Origin: Octopus sinensis
Lineage: Eukaryota
Direction: 5' to 3'
Length of the DNA stretch: 64,000 nucleotides
NCBI RefSeq assembly: GCF_006345805.1
Contig: NC_043021.1
Location: 5,084,001 to 5,148,000, forward strand
Shown: one piece after another, positions 11,950 through 25,545 of the stretch
Numbering within the stretch: position 1 is the first letter of the stretch
How the letters are laid out: each line of letters starts with the position of its first letter
The notes under the pieces: generated by a model
What the model saw: the letters and a program-made list of their open reading frames with translations, nothing else
Told to the model about the DNA's origin: nothing
Databases searched by the model: none
Made by a program: the position numbers and the translations under genes

Positions 11950-12637
11950 TTTCTTCCTATCTGTCTATTTATCTATCTTTCTATCTATCTATCTATCCGT
12001 CGTTCATCGCCTCTACCCGTTCTTGTCTTTCATTTCTCACCGCCCAAGCGAGAGCTGCTCGCGTTACCCAGGCGCACAAACCGTTGCCTTCTTTTCAGTG
12101 GGACTTGGGGGACAGACACCAAACACACACACACACACATATACACACTCACTCACACATACATACATACATACATACATGCATACAGTCACTCGACATT
12201 TCTATCTCTGTCTTTCGTCTGACGTTGGTCACTGGTTTAAGTTGACCTGGCCTGGACTTGTTTCTTGGCTTGGTGTCGCTTTTACCACCAAGTCGCCCTT
12301 CCTCTCATCTTCTCACACACACACGCCGCGGCCTAAACCTACCTACCTACCTACCTTACCTAGTCTTTGCCGCTGCCGCCCGCCCTCCCTCCTCTCTTCG
12401 CCCAAACTCTACCTTCCTCTAGTGGGAAAATTTTTACAGGTCTTCTTCTCTGGTTGTCCTTTTATTTGAGCGAACAAACAGAGAAGTCAAGTTGAGGTTT
12501 TTTTTTTCCAGAGCGTTCTGATACAGGTTTGTGAAAAAAATTATTACTATTCCTCTCTTTTTGTTTGTCACCATCTTTTTTTTTCTCTCCTCCCCCTCTC
12601 TTCCTTTTGATATTGTAGCAAACACAGCCGCATACTA

Positions 12638-12672
<35 letters not shown>

Positions 12673-13200
12673 AGTACTTAAAAGTGCACGCGTACACACA
12701 CACGCACACACGCGCGCGCATGCACATTTCTGTATGTATGTGTGTATGTGCGCCGTCGCTGCACACACACACACACACTTCAATATTAAAACACGTACAC
12801 CATTCCTTGACGTAAATACACACGCGCACACACATACACACACGCGCACACACATACATACACACTCACACACACACCACTCCCAATCCTATCATCATCA
12901 ACTGTTGTTATCGGAGCCTCACCAGCTGTTCTAATCATTCCTTGTTGACTTTCTGAAATTGCCATCTGGTCCTCCTGCTTTTCGAAGCCGTTGACACACA
13001 CACACACACGCATACACATATATACACCCACTTCTTCTTCTTCTGTGTGTGTGTATGTCCTGTCCCTTTTGTAGGAAGGAATGTGTCTACCTCTTCGCGT
13101 TGTCACATTTTCTTCTTATTTTTTCTTTTCTTTCTGATATCGATGTTTGAAATATATCTGGTCTAAATATTTTAATCCCACCCTCGCGAACTTCCATATC
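11950..13200. promoter_or_regulatory. Candidate promoter or first-exon region
   Basis: Unique, TE-free, CpG-retaining and relatively GC-rich sequence with strong minus-strand donor-like sites (G|GTGAGA near 12040, AG|GTAAGG near 12359). No transcript evidence. Confidence 0.3.
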
Positions 13201-13467
13201 TTATTTAGCTGGAGACTACCAACTTGAGTTTGACAAACAAATGAAAGGTAATTTATTTGACTAACTCATCTTTTGCTGCCGTTATTATTTTATTTTATTT
13301 CAACAACATATATATATACGCGCAGTCAGACATTTCTTAAATACATACATATACACACCACACACACACTTAAAACACGTTTCTAAACACTCCCACATAC
13401 ATTCTTAAACAGACATTTATACACACATACTTAAACATATTCACATGCATTCCTCGCATATATATAT

Positions 13468-13501
<34 letters not shown>

Positions 13502-13739
13502 CGGAGGCTGTCTTTCAAATATTGAGTTCTTTTTACAGTGCGACTACTAAGGCTGAGGTTTCACTCTGTAAGCTACTCCGAGTTTTTGTTCTGTTCACAT
13601 TGCTTATGCGACACCATAAATGAATTCGTTCTGTTCTCTTTGCCCATGATGGGCGGTACGCGCTCGCGTAATTATATACATGCATAGATATATACGCGCA
13701 CATTCTAGTGTGTGTGTATGTATGTATATATGTATGTAT

Positions 13740-13950
13740 ACATATATATACATACACACGCACAAGCATACATGAGCGTATGTATGTATATATATATATA
13801 TATATATAAATATATATATATACATACACACACGCGCGCACAAGCATACATGAGCGTATGTAAATATATATACACACGCACAACCATACATGAGCGTATG
13901 TATATATATATATATATACACACACACGCACAAGCATACATGAGCGTATG
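13740..13950. repeat. Minisatellite, four copies of CACGCACAAGCATACATGAGCGTATG plus variable (AT)n
   Basis: Directly visible. Confidence 0.9.
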
Positions 13951-14267
13951 TATATATTTTTCAGTGGCGTTATTCAATGTCGTCTTTATTTTATATATGC
14001 CAACACACGAAACTCTTGGGCCTTGATTCACTCTGTTGTGCTAAATATTAATAAAAGTGTGTGTGTGAGTGTGTGTAAATGTATATACGCACAAATATAT
14101 GTCTATTGAGATCTCCTGATCCTTGTCTTTTTTCTCTAAGTATCCTCCTTGTTACGAGAGGAGTTTTTGCTTTCGCTGAGCAATATCGTTTTCTGTGTGT
14201 GGAAATAAATATCACGAATCAGTTGTCTATCGCCACAACCTAATATGATACTGTCACATATACACTC

Positions 14268-14380
<113 letters not shown>

Positions 14381-14726
14381 TGAAAGATGTGTGCCACCCG
14401 CATTTATAGACGTATGTACTCGTACGGCGGGTATATGTATGTATGTACGTACATATATATACGAACCGCTCTAACACATGTATGCATACGGATGTATATA
14501 TACACACATCCATGACTAACGGGAAGTAGAAACTAAAAAGTAGTGACTAGGTAAAAGCTCGGGCTTCAATTAAATAAGATCTGCTATATATACATGTGTA
14601 TATATATATATATAGTACTTCTACATTTATACTCGTACACACACGCACATGGTCACATATAGAGTACTTTTTCTTCTACGTTTATACTCATACGCACACA
14701 CATGGTTATATATATAAAATGCTCAC

Positions 14727-14771
<45 letters not shown>

Positions 14772-16577
14772 ACACCACATTCACATCTACCAACCATATT
14801 TGTGACATACTGGGGTGGATAGACTTACAGCCATATATTATCTATTTTCATTGACATGTTAAACTATTATACTATGGCGATAGCGTGTAGTATATATATA
14901 TATATATACATACTACACGCTATGTATGTATGTATATAGCGTGTGTAATACTTTTTACCTGGTTGTCTTGAAATTACAAGTAATTTACTAGCTCTGTTCA
15001 GTGTGACTATAACTCCTCCTCCTCACCAGTAAAAAAGTAGTCATTATTATAATTTAGTATGGGGTGGTGGATAACAGAAAGGTGGAGCGACGGGTTGAAT
15101 AGCTTGGCCTTTACAATTACGCCCCCTTTGTGCTCCGAGTTCAAATCCTGTCGGGAGTTTGCACTTTGCTTTTCTTTTTTTTTTTTATTATTATTATTAT
15201 TTTTTGGCCTCCATTTTTGTTTTCGAAGTCGCTTAAACAAGGGATACCGATTGCCGTTTAGCTTCTTCAACCCCCACCTTGACTGAGCAGCCCAAATAAT
15301 AAGGATGTTGATGAAGAGATTACTATTTTTTATTTTTCTTTCACGAGTCGTGTCTCCCCCCCCCTCCACCAGTTTAAGGGTGATTTAGCTATTTCTAGGA
15401 GGTCAAGCGACTGCATAAAACAAAAGCCCCTTGTTGGTTTGTTCAATAAAATACTGAGGTCGATTGAATCCCCACATCTTCACACAAGCATTAAGAACGT
15501 TGGTCTTGTGCCTGCGTTTTTAATTATCATAATTTTTAGTTCTTACACAGGCACCAGGCCTCGATTTTAAGAGGATAACAAAGAAAGGGCAACTGATTAA
15601 ATCATTCTTAGCCATTTTTTTTTACTTATGAACCCCCCTTGATTCCTCTTTTACCCAGGTGGGCTCTCACAGCCATTTGTTGTTTTAAAAAATTCTGTTA
15701 TATTTTTATACTTAGATATTAGGAATTGCATAAAATATAAAAATATTTCGTGTGTTGTAGAAGTATAAATAATTTATTGCTCATAAATTTTAACAAAAAA
15801 GATCTTATCTGACCCCCCCCCCAAGGGTCATGTGAACCCAGGTTTAGGACTCGCTGATCTAAACGATGAACATAATGTATTTTTAGAGGAGTGGAGAGGG
15901 GTAGTTGAAGACTGACCATCAGTTTGTAACTGGTACTTGGGAGAACAAAGGGTGAAGTTCATCTTGGTAGGGTTCAAAACCAGAACTTAGGACGAAACTA
16001 TTGAATGCTCAGCCAGTTTCGTTGATCAAACAAACCGATGAATAAAGGCTTTCCCCATCATGGCCATTTTGTCCTTTCTTGTAAACAGGAAACTCGGTCA
16101 CATTAACTGAGATTTGGTTACTATTTCTAGCATGTCCAGCGACCACATACAAGCACCCTCGTCAGTTCACCCTCCTATAATTTTGATGAGCCAGTGAAGG
16201 AGTTTAAACATGATCGATTGAACTGCTAGAAATAGCAGCGATATTTCGTTAATGTGGTCTTGTATTTCTTGCAACAGGATGGTTGTGATTAGGTCTTTGA
16301 TATATGCTTGTTCAAAACTGACCTGGGTTTAAACAGCAATAAGAGTGATAGGAGTAACATATGCAGCTGTTGTCTCTTGGTATTTTATTGTCTGCGGTTT
16401 ATGTACCTAGAATATTCTTGTATATGGTTCGTTATTATAAATCATTATTGCAAAGAAAGATTGTTCTTGAAGTGGCAGTCATTAGAAGATCGGTGAGGGA
16501 GGGTGTCTTTACAGTATTTTATTTCAAATCCTGCTGCAGTCCATCTTACTATTCATCCCTCTGGGGTTTTCAATATA

Positions 16578-16860
16578 ATCATCATCATCGTTTAACGTCC
16601 GCTTTCCCTGCTAGCATGGGTTGGACGATTTTGACTGAGGGCTGGCGAACCAGATGGCTGCACCAGGCTCCAATCTCGATTTGGCAGAGTTTCTACAGCT
16701 GGATGCCCTTCCTAAGGCCAACCACTCCGAGAGTGTAGTGGGTGCTTTTTACGTTCCACTGGCACGAGGGCCAGTAAGGCAGTACTGGCAACGACCTCGC
16801 TCGAATCTTTTTACACATGCCACCAGCACAGGTGCCAGTAAGGCGACATTGGTAACGATA
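16578..16860 (-). mobile_element. SINE-C, variant 5' units
   Basis: Same body and tail; diverged units. Confidence 0.85.
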
Positions 16861-19466
16861 ATATTAGTCAAATGCTCGGGTAGGTTTAATCAATTAACCC
16901 TTTCTCTGAAACTTCTGGCTTTGTTTCTATCATCGCCATCAACATTGAATGTTTTCCATGCTGGCATGGGTTGGACAGCTTGACAGGAACTGGCAAAGCC
17001 AGGGCCTGTATCAGGTTCCATAGTCTATTTGGCTTGGTTTCTATGGCTGGATACCCTTCTTGGTGCCAACCACTTTACAGTGTGTGCTTCTTACATGATA
17101 CCAGCACCCACATCAATGCTTTCGACTATCTTTAGAATGATGTTGCAGAGAAGACATGAGGGGCGAGATCTGGCTGATTCGTATACAAAACAGAATACTT
17201 GGGCTGGTTATTGCTAATGGGTTAGTTTCTAGTTTTACTTTACATCACTATTTTTACAGTCAAATAGGGGGGCTGTTATCACTGTGTTAAGACCTGTGTG
17301 CCTTTGTAAGAAAATATTACTGGCTTCAAATATTGTTGGGGTTAACTGTACCATTTGTCTTCTTGGGATTGACAAAATAAATACTGGGTTTAACGTTTCT
17401 CACTCCCAAATGTGTGATGTGTGCTAATGTCCAAGACCATACAGAACAACGAAACCTCTCTTCATGCAAACTTAACTTTTTGCTTGTTTCATTCATTGGA
17501 TTGTAACAAATCAACCTCAGTGCTTTTTTTTAAAGCCTGGTCCTTTGTGCCTTGGTGTGCAACACTCTTATGTGGATGTAACCAAACCAACACCACTTGT
17601 CAAATGGGTGAGGGATAAACACATACATAAGTTTGTGTGCGTGTGTGTGTATATATATATATATACACAATGGGCTTATTTCAGTTTCCATTTACAAAAA
17701 TGCACTCACAAAGCTTTGGTTGACCTGGGGCTAGATTAGAAGACACTTGACCAAGGTACCACACAGTGGTACTGAACCTGGAATCCTGTTTGGGAAGCAA
17801 GCTTGGTACCGTACAATCATGTCAAACAACTGCTGTGTGTAGGATTGATTTAGCTATCAATCAAGCCCATCTTAAGAATTGCTACAACTTTTGTCCTGGG
17901 AGGACTGGCAATTTTCTTCCGCTGAGGATGAGAGTGGGTTTTTTTTTTTTATCCCCCCTTAAGATTGATATGTTCATCTTTGGTCAGGTCCTTGTCAACT
18001 TCAAGTTCCATTTGTCAAGACAAGGGTGTGGAGAAGGTTAATTTCTTCAAAAGGTGAAAGAGCATAGTTCGAAGGCACTTGCTCTTGACAGGCAGAGGAA
18101 TCCTGGATCTGTGCGGCCCCTTGATTGACCCTAGGTAACTCTTTCCCATGTTGAGATTTCTCGTTTGATACTTTTATAGTTTGGGCTTTCCTTACCTGTT
18201 TTCTTTCAAGAATCTCTCAAACATAGACTAAAATGTTTTGTAACATTTTACTGCTTTTTGTTCCAATTCTGAGTTCCAGTTCTGCCATGGTCATCGTTTC
18301 TTTCAGAATTGGATGAAACTAAGTACCAGTCATGTACTGAGGTTGATGTGAATGACCAACCTCTGGCCTTTGTGCCTATGCTGGAAACAGTACTGATTAA
18401 TTGGATGGTAGATTGACAGAATCGTTAATCTTGCAGTATTTCTTCCTGTTTATATTTTTGAGTTCAAATTTTGCCCGGGTCACTCTCTGCTTTTCATTTT
18501 CCCAATTCATTCTAATCAACTTTTTTTCACCCCTCAAATATCTATCTGTCCCTGTGTTCATGTTAGAAACTTAATAATAAGATAGAAGGGCAGAACTGTT
18601 GTGGTGTTGGTCAAAAAAAAAATTTAAACAAAAAACACCATTGGGTATTTGTTCCAACTCTTTATGTTCTGGGTTCTAATCCTGCAAAGGTCAACTTTGA
18701 TAGAGAGGTGGTGAAGCAGCAGAAAGAATGCTTTATGGCATGTAATTCCCTCCCTCCATCCCCCATCCAACCTGTGCCCTTTTGTTCCTTAAAGGATCCC
18801 ATAGAAGGATCAACAATCAAATGTTGAAGGTTGATCTGCTCAGCCATTCAAATGTGACCTTGGGTCACACTAAAAGAAATCATTCTTACTTGTATCTCTC
18901 TCTCTCTCTCTCCTCCTCTTCTCTTCCCCCCTCTATCCTTTTCCTTTCTCCCCATCCCCTTCTTTCTCACTCTTTCCCTTCCTCCTTTTCCCTTACACCT
19001 TTCCCTCTTCCTCCTCGACCCTTCTCTCACTGGAATCACTATTCAAACTCTCTTTATTTAGTCACTGCACTGTTAGTTGTCGGACCCTTCCCACCTACTT
19101 AGCACCACCATCATCATCATCATCATCATTACAGCCACTGCTACTTTGGTTCATTCCAAATTGTTTCATTTATCCTGGACCTCCAAGCAGTGTTATTATG
19201 CCTCTGACATTTAAGGGTCTGTGTCCTGTTTACACTAATTTAAGGCAGTGACATACATGTATGCAAGTATGTTACTGCTTCATGCCTACTTTCCATGCTG
19301 ACATGGGCTTGGATGGGTCAACCTAGTTCAAGTCAATTTTTATTTAGTTTACTGCAATATATATCTGTTGTATTATCATGTGTGACATAGAGGTTATTTG
19401 TTGTATTTTATGTATGTGATATGTAGTATATACATTGATGTGATATATAAAAATATCAAATGCTAC

Positions 19467-19630
19467 GGGTGTAGCTGTGTGGTAAGTAGCTTGCTTCCTA
19501 ACCACATTAATCCAGGTTCAAACGCACTGCATGGCACCTTGGATTAGTGTCTTCTACTTTAGCCTCGGGCCAACCAAAGCCTTATGAGTGGATTTGGTAG
19601 ACAGAAACTGAAAGAAATCCATTGTGTGTG

Positions 19631-19667
<37 letters not shown>

Positions 19668-19868
19668 ATTTGCACTACCCTGCCCTCCTTACAATTGCTT
19701 GACAACCAATGTTGGTGTGTTTATGTCCCCATAACTGTTCGACAAAAGAAACCAACAGAATAAGTACTAGGCTTACAAAGAATGTCCTGAGGTCGATTTC
19801 TTTGATTAAAACCCTTCAGCGCAGTGCTCCAGCATGACCGCCATCAAATGACTGAGACAAGTAAAAGA
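19467..19868 (+). mobile_element. SINE-A, older and more diverged
   Basis: Same layout with more substitutions. Confidence 0.85.
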
Positions 19869-20099
19869 ATCTATGTATACATTATCTAAATGATGTGTGT
19901 ATATATATATATAGTACATACTTTATTTAAATATGATTTGTATATGGTTTGAAGGGTTATTTATTACTTGCTCAGTATTAAAATGGCATAGTTTGTATAT
20001 AATATATTACAGTTATGTTGAAACAGGTGATATTGGAAAGTGCAGCATTGACAACAAAACATTTAAGGAGTAAATGATGGGCTAATTCAACTAAGCAAC

Positions 20100-20720
20100 A
20101 TGCATACGTCTGTTTGGAGTATTTCAGGCCCTAACTTGTGGGGGTTATGCGATTTATGAATGCACCGAGAATCTGTCAGTGGATATACTCTCTTTTGCAG
20201 CAGTCAACGCTGTCTAACACAACCCATCATCTAAAATGTTGACATCTCCTTCGGGTTTGTCGTCCTACATCACTCAAAGTAAATTTGGAGGAACTGTGGC
20301 TGTTTATTTGTGGGTAACAGGGAGCCAATGAGGTGATAGACTTACCCTTGAACTTTGATGTCGTAAATTCATGTTTATCTATCTTCTTAGATGCACCAAA
20401 CAATGTCATTTGCAGAGTTGTATTGTCTGATATTGTTCAGAAAATCCTTTGACTGGATGGAAATGCCTTCTAGACGATACATAAGAGGTTGAGAAGGAGC
20501 TGGTAGTGCTGGCAATGTTACCTGACCGCCTGAGTAGCACATACCATTTGTTTCATTTGAAAATTTTAAAGCTCTACAGAAAAGACAATTTGTGTTTAGC
20601 ACACCAATTTGGACAGTTATTATTATAAGAATGGGATGGATCATATCTAAAGACAGCTTCAGGAGTTGTGAAGAACAAATTTGTACTTAGTCTGTTTCTG
20701 AGAGCTCTTCTATTGGACCT
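20100..20720 (-). mobile_element. Decayed Helitron Rep (N-terminal region) fragment
   Basis: Across frameshifts and one stop, the reverse strand gives AVFRYDP, VQIG..NCLFCRALKFSNETNGMCYSGGQVTLPAL, SKDFLNNIRQYNSA, MTLFGA and KVQG*VYHLIGSLLP..PQFLQIYF. This matches the motif order I recall for animal Helitron Rep proteins. Confidence 0.8.
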
Positions 20721-21280
20721 CTGTCTAATCATTAAAACATTGATCCAGCATTAAGTGCTGCAATATGCATTTGCTGATGTTGAGAAAATCTCATCTAGCT
20801 TCTATAATCCTCCTTGCTTTATACTTGTTTCTTTGGTGGAATATTTTTCCCAATATTGTACACAAAAGCTTATGAACATAGAAAGAAATTATACATTAAT
20901 CCTTACTTTTATAAGCAGTTGTATCCGTAAAAATTTTATTTGAAGAGAGCAGAAATTGAAAGAAGAGACAGCGAAAAGAATAGAGAAAGTGAAAGATGAA
21001 ATGGATGTAGTGCATGCGCGTGCGTGCGTGCTTGCACATGTGTATGTGAGAGAGATAGTGAGTGAGTGAGTGAAGGTGTGTGTTGTGATGACTGACATCT
21101 TTTAAGGTACACACGTGTAGAAAATATGTCATCATATAAAATTTTTACAATAGTTGATTTATGGAAAAGATTGTCTAATTTTTGAAATGCAAATATGTGA
21201 ATGGAAATTAGCCATTCAACTACACTCTTCAACTGAAAGGAATGAGGGAAAAAATACAGTGTAGAGTTCAGCAGTCCAAT

Positions 21281-21614
21281 ATCATCATCATCATTTAGCG
21301 TCTGTTCTCTATGCTAGCATGGGTTGGACGGTTCAACTGGGGTCTGGGAAGCTGGAAGGCTTCATCAGGCCCAGTCAGATCTGGCAGTGTTTCTACGGCT
21401 GGATGCCCTTCCTAACGCCAACCACTCCATGAGTGTAGTGGGTGCTTTTTACGTGCCACCCGCACAGGTACCAGACAGAGCTGGCAAACGGCCACGAACG
21501 GATGGTGCTTTTACGTGTCACCGGCACGGGGGCCAGGCGAGGCTGGCAACGGACACGAACGGATGGTGCTTTTACGTGCCACCAACACGGGGGGCCAGAC
21601 AGAGCTGGCAAACG
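21281..21614 (-). mobile_element. SINE-C (3 units)
   Basis: Unit motifs start at 21441, 21504 and 21565. Confidence 0.85.
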
Positions 21615-23033
21615 ATATATATTATTATCATCATTATTTAAAACAGTTTGATCTGGTCTCATGCAACAAAGTTTTGTAGGCATCTCACAGAAACCTAGCT
21701 TTTGGGGGGTCAGCTAGGTTTCTGTAAGATTGCATGGGGCCAAATCAAACTCTTTTAAACATGTAACTCCCACTAAATGTGTTGAATGTCTCTTTCTTTC
21801 ATTGGTCCACACATCTTTGTGTGTGTGTATGTACATATGCCTATGTATATAAGTGCAGACGTGGCTGTGTGATTAAGCTTGCTTCCTTACCATATTGTCA
21901 TGAGTTCATGCCACTGTATGGTGACTTGGGCACAATCATGTGATGATTGTAAACAAGCATCATTGTCATACAAGAGGTGTTGTTAATTTCCAGTCTTCCA
22001 CAAAAATCATGTCTGGCCATGCTCTGAAACCAGTTAGGGGTTGGCAACACAACAGACATCCAAATACCTCAACAAATTCCATCTAACCAATGCAAGCATA
22101 AAAAAGAGGACGTTTGCCCAAGGCGGTTTGTAGCAAAAGTGAACCCCAAACCAAATATTTGGGAAACAAACTTTTTAATCACACAACCATACACCTCTCT
22201 GTGATAGCACCGGCCTGGTTGTGTGGACTTGGAATTCACTTTGTAACCATGTGGTTCTGTGTTCAATCTCACTTTTTAAGGAAATGTTTTTATCTATGAC
22301 CTTTAACTAATTAATTTCTTGTGAGTGGATCAGACTTCTGTGCAGATAGGAACTACATGGAAGCCTCTCATCTGTCTGTATGTGACTGTTTGAATATAAT
22401 TATTATGTATGGCCATTGCTAATGTCATGTGGATGGCACTTGTGAAATTGTAATCGTGGCCCTTTCCATTAGTGTGATCTTTGAATGTCGGGCTTCGCAG
22501 AGGCGATGACAAGTGACAAACCTTTTACAATGTGCTGTGCACAAGAAGACTCAAGTGAAATCATAGTTGTGGCTGTTGCTAGTGTCATGTAAATGGCACA
22601 TGTGCCAGTGGCATGTAAAAAGCACCCATTACACTCTGAGTGGTTGGTGTTAGGAAGGGCATCCAACTGTAGAAACCATACCAAATCAAACAGGAACCTG
22701 GTGTAACCCTCTGGTTTATCAGTTCCAGTCAAACTGTCTAACCCATGCCAGCATGGAAAGTGGACGTTAGATGAATGATAAATTATATATACATTGCACC
22801 TATATATTATAGGGGCTGTGTTATAAGAAGTTTGCTTCCTAACTACATGGTTCTGGGTTCAGTCCCACTGCATGGCACCCTAGTAGCCTTGGGCAAACTA
22901 AAACTCTGATTGGATTTGGTAGGCAGAAACCAAAAGAAGCCTGCTGTGTGTGTGTCTGTCTGTCTGTCCATCCCACACACCATGCACTGCTCAGTCTAAA
23001 AATCAATCATATATATAAATATATATATATATA

Positions 23034-23283
23034 CCAGAGTAAACACATAAATGTGAAACAAGGTGGAAAAAAGAGTACTCAATTACCAGGGGTAGAGTAA
23101 TATGCTTTATTTAAAAGCAGCAGAAATTCAACAAAACCTGTTACTCGGAGTTTCATGTTCCTGTTCGTCGGACAATTTTTCTTTAAAAAAATTTTTTTTT
23201 TTAAACAAAAACTGTCCGAACGGGAACGTGAAACTCAGAGTAACAGGTTTTGTTGAATTTCTGCTGCTTTTAAATAAAGTATA
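23034..23283. mobile_element. Penelope-like terminal repeat with inverted partial copy; each arm carries a degenerate minimal hammerhead
   Basis: ~78-bp inverted arms (23101-23179 / 23206-23283); composite motif CTGT-CCGACGA-ACGGGAACGT-GAAA-CTCNGAG-TA-ACAG; (TA)n on both sides. Confidence 0.65.
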
Positions 23284-24639
23284 TATATATATAAATATAT
23301 ATATCACATAAAAAGCTCCCAGTACACATTGTAGGACAGGAAAAACAGCCAGCTGTAGAAACTGTGTCAAAGCAGACAGAGCTTGGCACAGTCCCCTGGC
23401 TTGCTAGTTCCTGTGAAACCATCCATTCCATGCCAGCATGGAAGATGGGCATTAAATGATGGTTATAAATGTGTGTGTGCGCATGTATGTAATTATCGTT
23501 TAACATCCACTTTTCCATTTTTGGATGGAAATTGGTTGAGACAAGTTTTCTACTGCTGGATGTTCCTATAATAATGTAAAGCTTGCTGCATACGTTATTT
23601 TGAAAAACGTTGTATCCACTTATCTGTTCTTCCAGTACATGAAACTAATGGTGACCGGCTTGCAGTTGATGTTCCTTACTAGTGTGACTGTCTCCTCACT
23701 TAGTTCACACTCTTCAGCTCCGTTCACTCTTTTTTTTTTCTTCTTTTTTTTTACATCTCCCCCCCTCTCTACCACTCTGCTTGTCTCACTTTTTCTTACT
23801 CTCTATCTCTTCATGTTTCTTTCTGCTACCCTCCACATCTCTCTCTCTCTCCCTCTCTCTCTCCAGGCCTTCGTCTCTTTGTTTTCGTATCTCCTCTTTC
23901 TCTTTCCTCCCTACTTCCTCCTCTCTCTCTCTCTCTCTCCTCCCTTTCACATTTTTCTCTGTGCTGTTCACCCCCCTCTCATTTTGTACATGTCCTTATA
24001 CTCCTCCCACTCTCATCCACTAGTTGTCTGACTGGCTGTGCTTGTGTGTGTGTGTGTGTGTATTTCTACTGTCAGGTAAAATGTGACATGCCATTGTTAC
24101 TGAGAAAATATACAGCTGTTGTCTGTGTGTGTGTGCGTGTATGTATGTTAAATTACAAACAAGGACTTTGAGGCTTTCCAAAAAAAAATTCTGTAATTAA
24201 GCTGATTATATAAAACGAGTTAGACTACATAATATAATAGACAGTATATTTAGCAGCACACCTACACATGCATTTAACAAACAGTCACACACACAGAATT
24301 ATAATGACTAAAACTGAACTCTATTATATCAAGTAATTTATATTGTGTATTGCACTGGCAGAACCATTAGAGTGTCTGGAGAAAATACGTTGGACTTTAT
24401 GTCCAGAGTTCAAATTGTGTCGTCATCTTGTACGTTTTGCTTTGTAGAGCTGGTGATATAAAAAAAATAGCAGTTTGGGTATTGCGATCAGTGTAATCAC
24501 TAATTCCTTTGTCCCAAGAATCTGGCTTTTTGCCTGTTGAGAAACTGGTGCCGGTAGAGTGTTCTTGTGAGCTGGCATTCTGAGGAGTTAGGACTGGGCA
24601 AAATGGGTTTGTGCCAGTTCTTGTAGAGAAGATGGCCCC

Positions 24640-24943
24640 AATCATCATCATCATCATCGTTTAGCGTCTGCTTTCCATGCTGGCATGGGTTGGACGGTTC
24701 AACTGGGGTCTGGGAAGCCAGAAGGCTGCACCAGGCCCAGGCAATGTTTCTTACGGCTGGATACCCTTCTTAACATGCCAACCACTCCATGAGTGTAGTG
24801 GGTGCTTTTTACGTGCCACCTGCACAGGTGCCAGACAAGGCTGGCAAACGTCCACAATCGGATGGTGCTTTTTACATGTCACCGGCACAGGTGCCAGACG
24901 AGGCTGGCAAACGGCCACGATCGGATGGTGCTTTTTACGTGCC
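24640..24943 (-). mobile_element. SINE-C (about 2.5 units)
   Basis: Unit motifs start at 24801, 24864 and 24927. Confidence 0.85.
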
Positions 24944-25399
24944 TGGGTAAATGATTTCAGTAGGCCTGTTGGAGTGGGAAACTTGAAATTTTGTCAGCTT
25001 CCGGATGCAGAAACTACAGTGATGGTGGTGGTGGTGGTAGTAATGATTATAGTGAAAGAGAAACTGACAGGATAGGTCTTCTCAGTCAGGCTTGACCTGG
25101 GGCTAAATAACTACTGCAACAGCAACCATCCAGCAGATGTCATCAGCTTGCATTGTGTGTTCTTACTAATGCAGCTGCCTCTTTTTGTTGCACATCAGCT
25201 TCTGCCTTGAATGTGCAGCTTCTGTCTTTTGTGTAAATCTTTACAACACGTCCAATGGAACATTCCTCTCCAGGCCTCCCCCTTACTCTCCCCCACTCTT
25301 TTGTGCACACACGCATACACACACACACTTCTGGTCATACATCACATATTATTATTTCATATTGTCTTCATACAGATTTTTTCCTTTTTTTTTTTAAGC

Positions 25400-25545
25400 C
25401 CCTAATTTAGCCTTGATTGAGCAGGGCAGACCTCTGTTGAAGGTCATTCCAATTATAGCCTTCGTGTCTTGCTTTATCTCCAATTACATAAGCAGTAGGA
25501 TGTGATGTGAGGAAGATTTGGCTGCTATTTCTAGCAGGCAACTGC
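25400..25545. repeat. Old unclassified interspersed repeat with motif GATTTGGCTGCTATTTCTAGC (related pieces near 15380, 16030, 31500, 35690, 44400, 59130 and 62570)
   Basis: Recurrent diverged motif set seen at many positions. Confidence 0.55.

Noticed and set aside
20201-20500. Plus-strand exon-intron-exon pattern (AG 20200, GT 20279, AG 20390)
   Set aside because: All frames close quickly; the sequence is better explained as minus-strand Helitron Rep.
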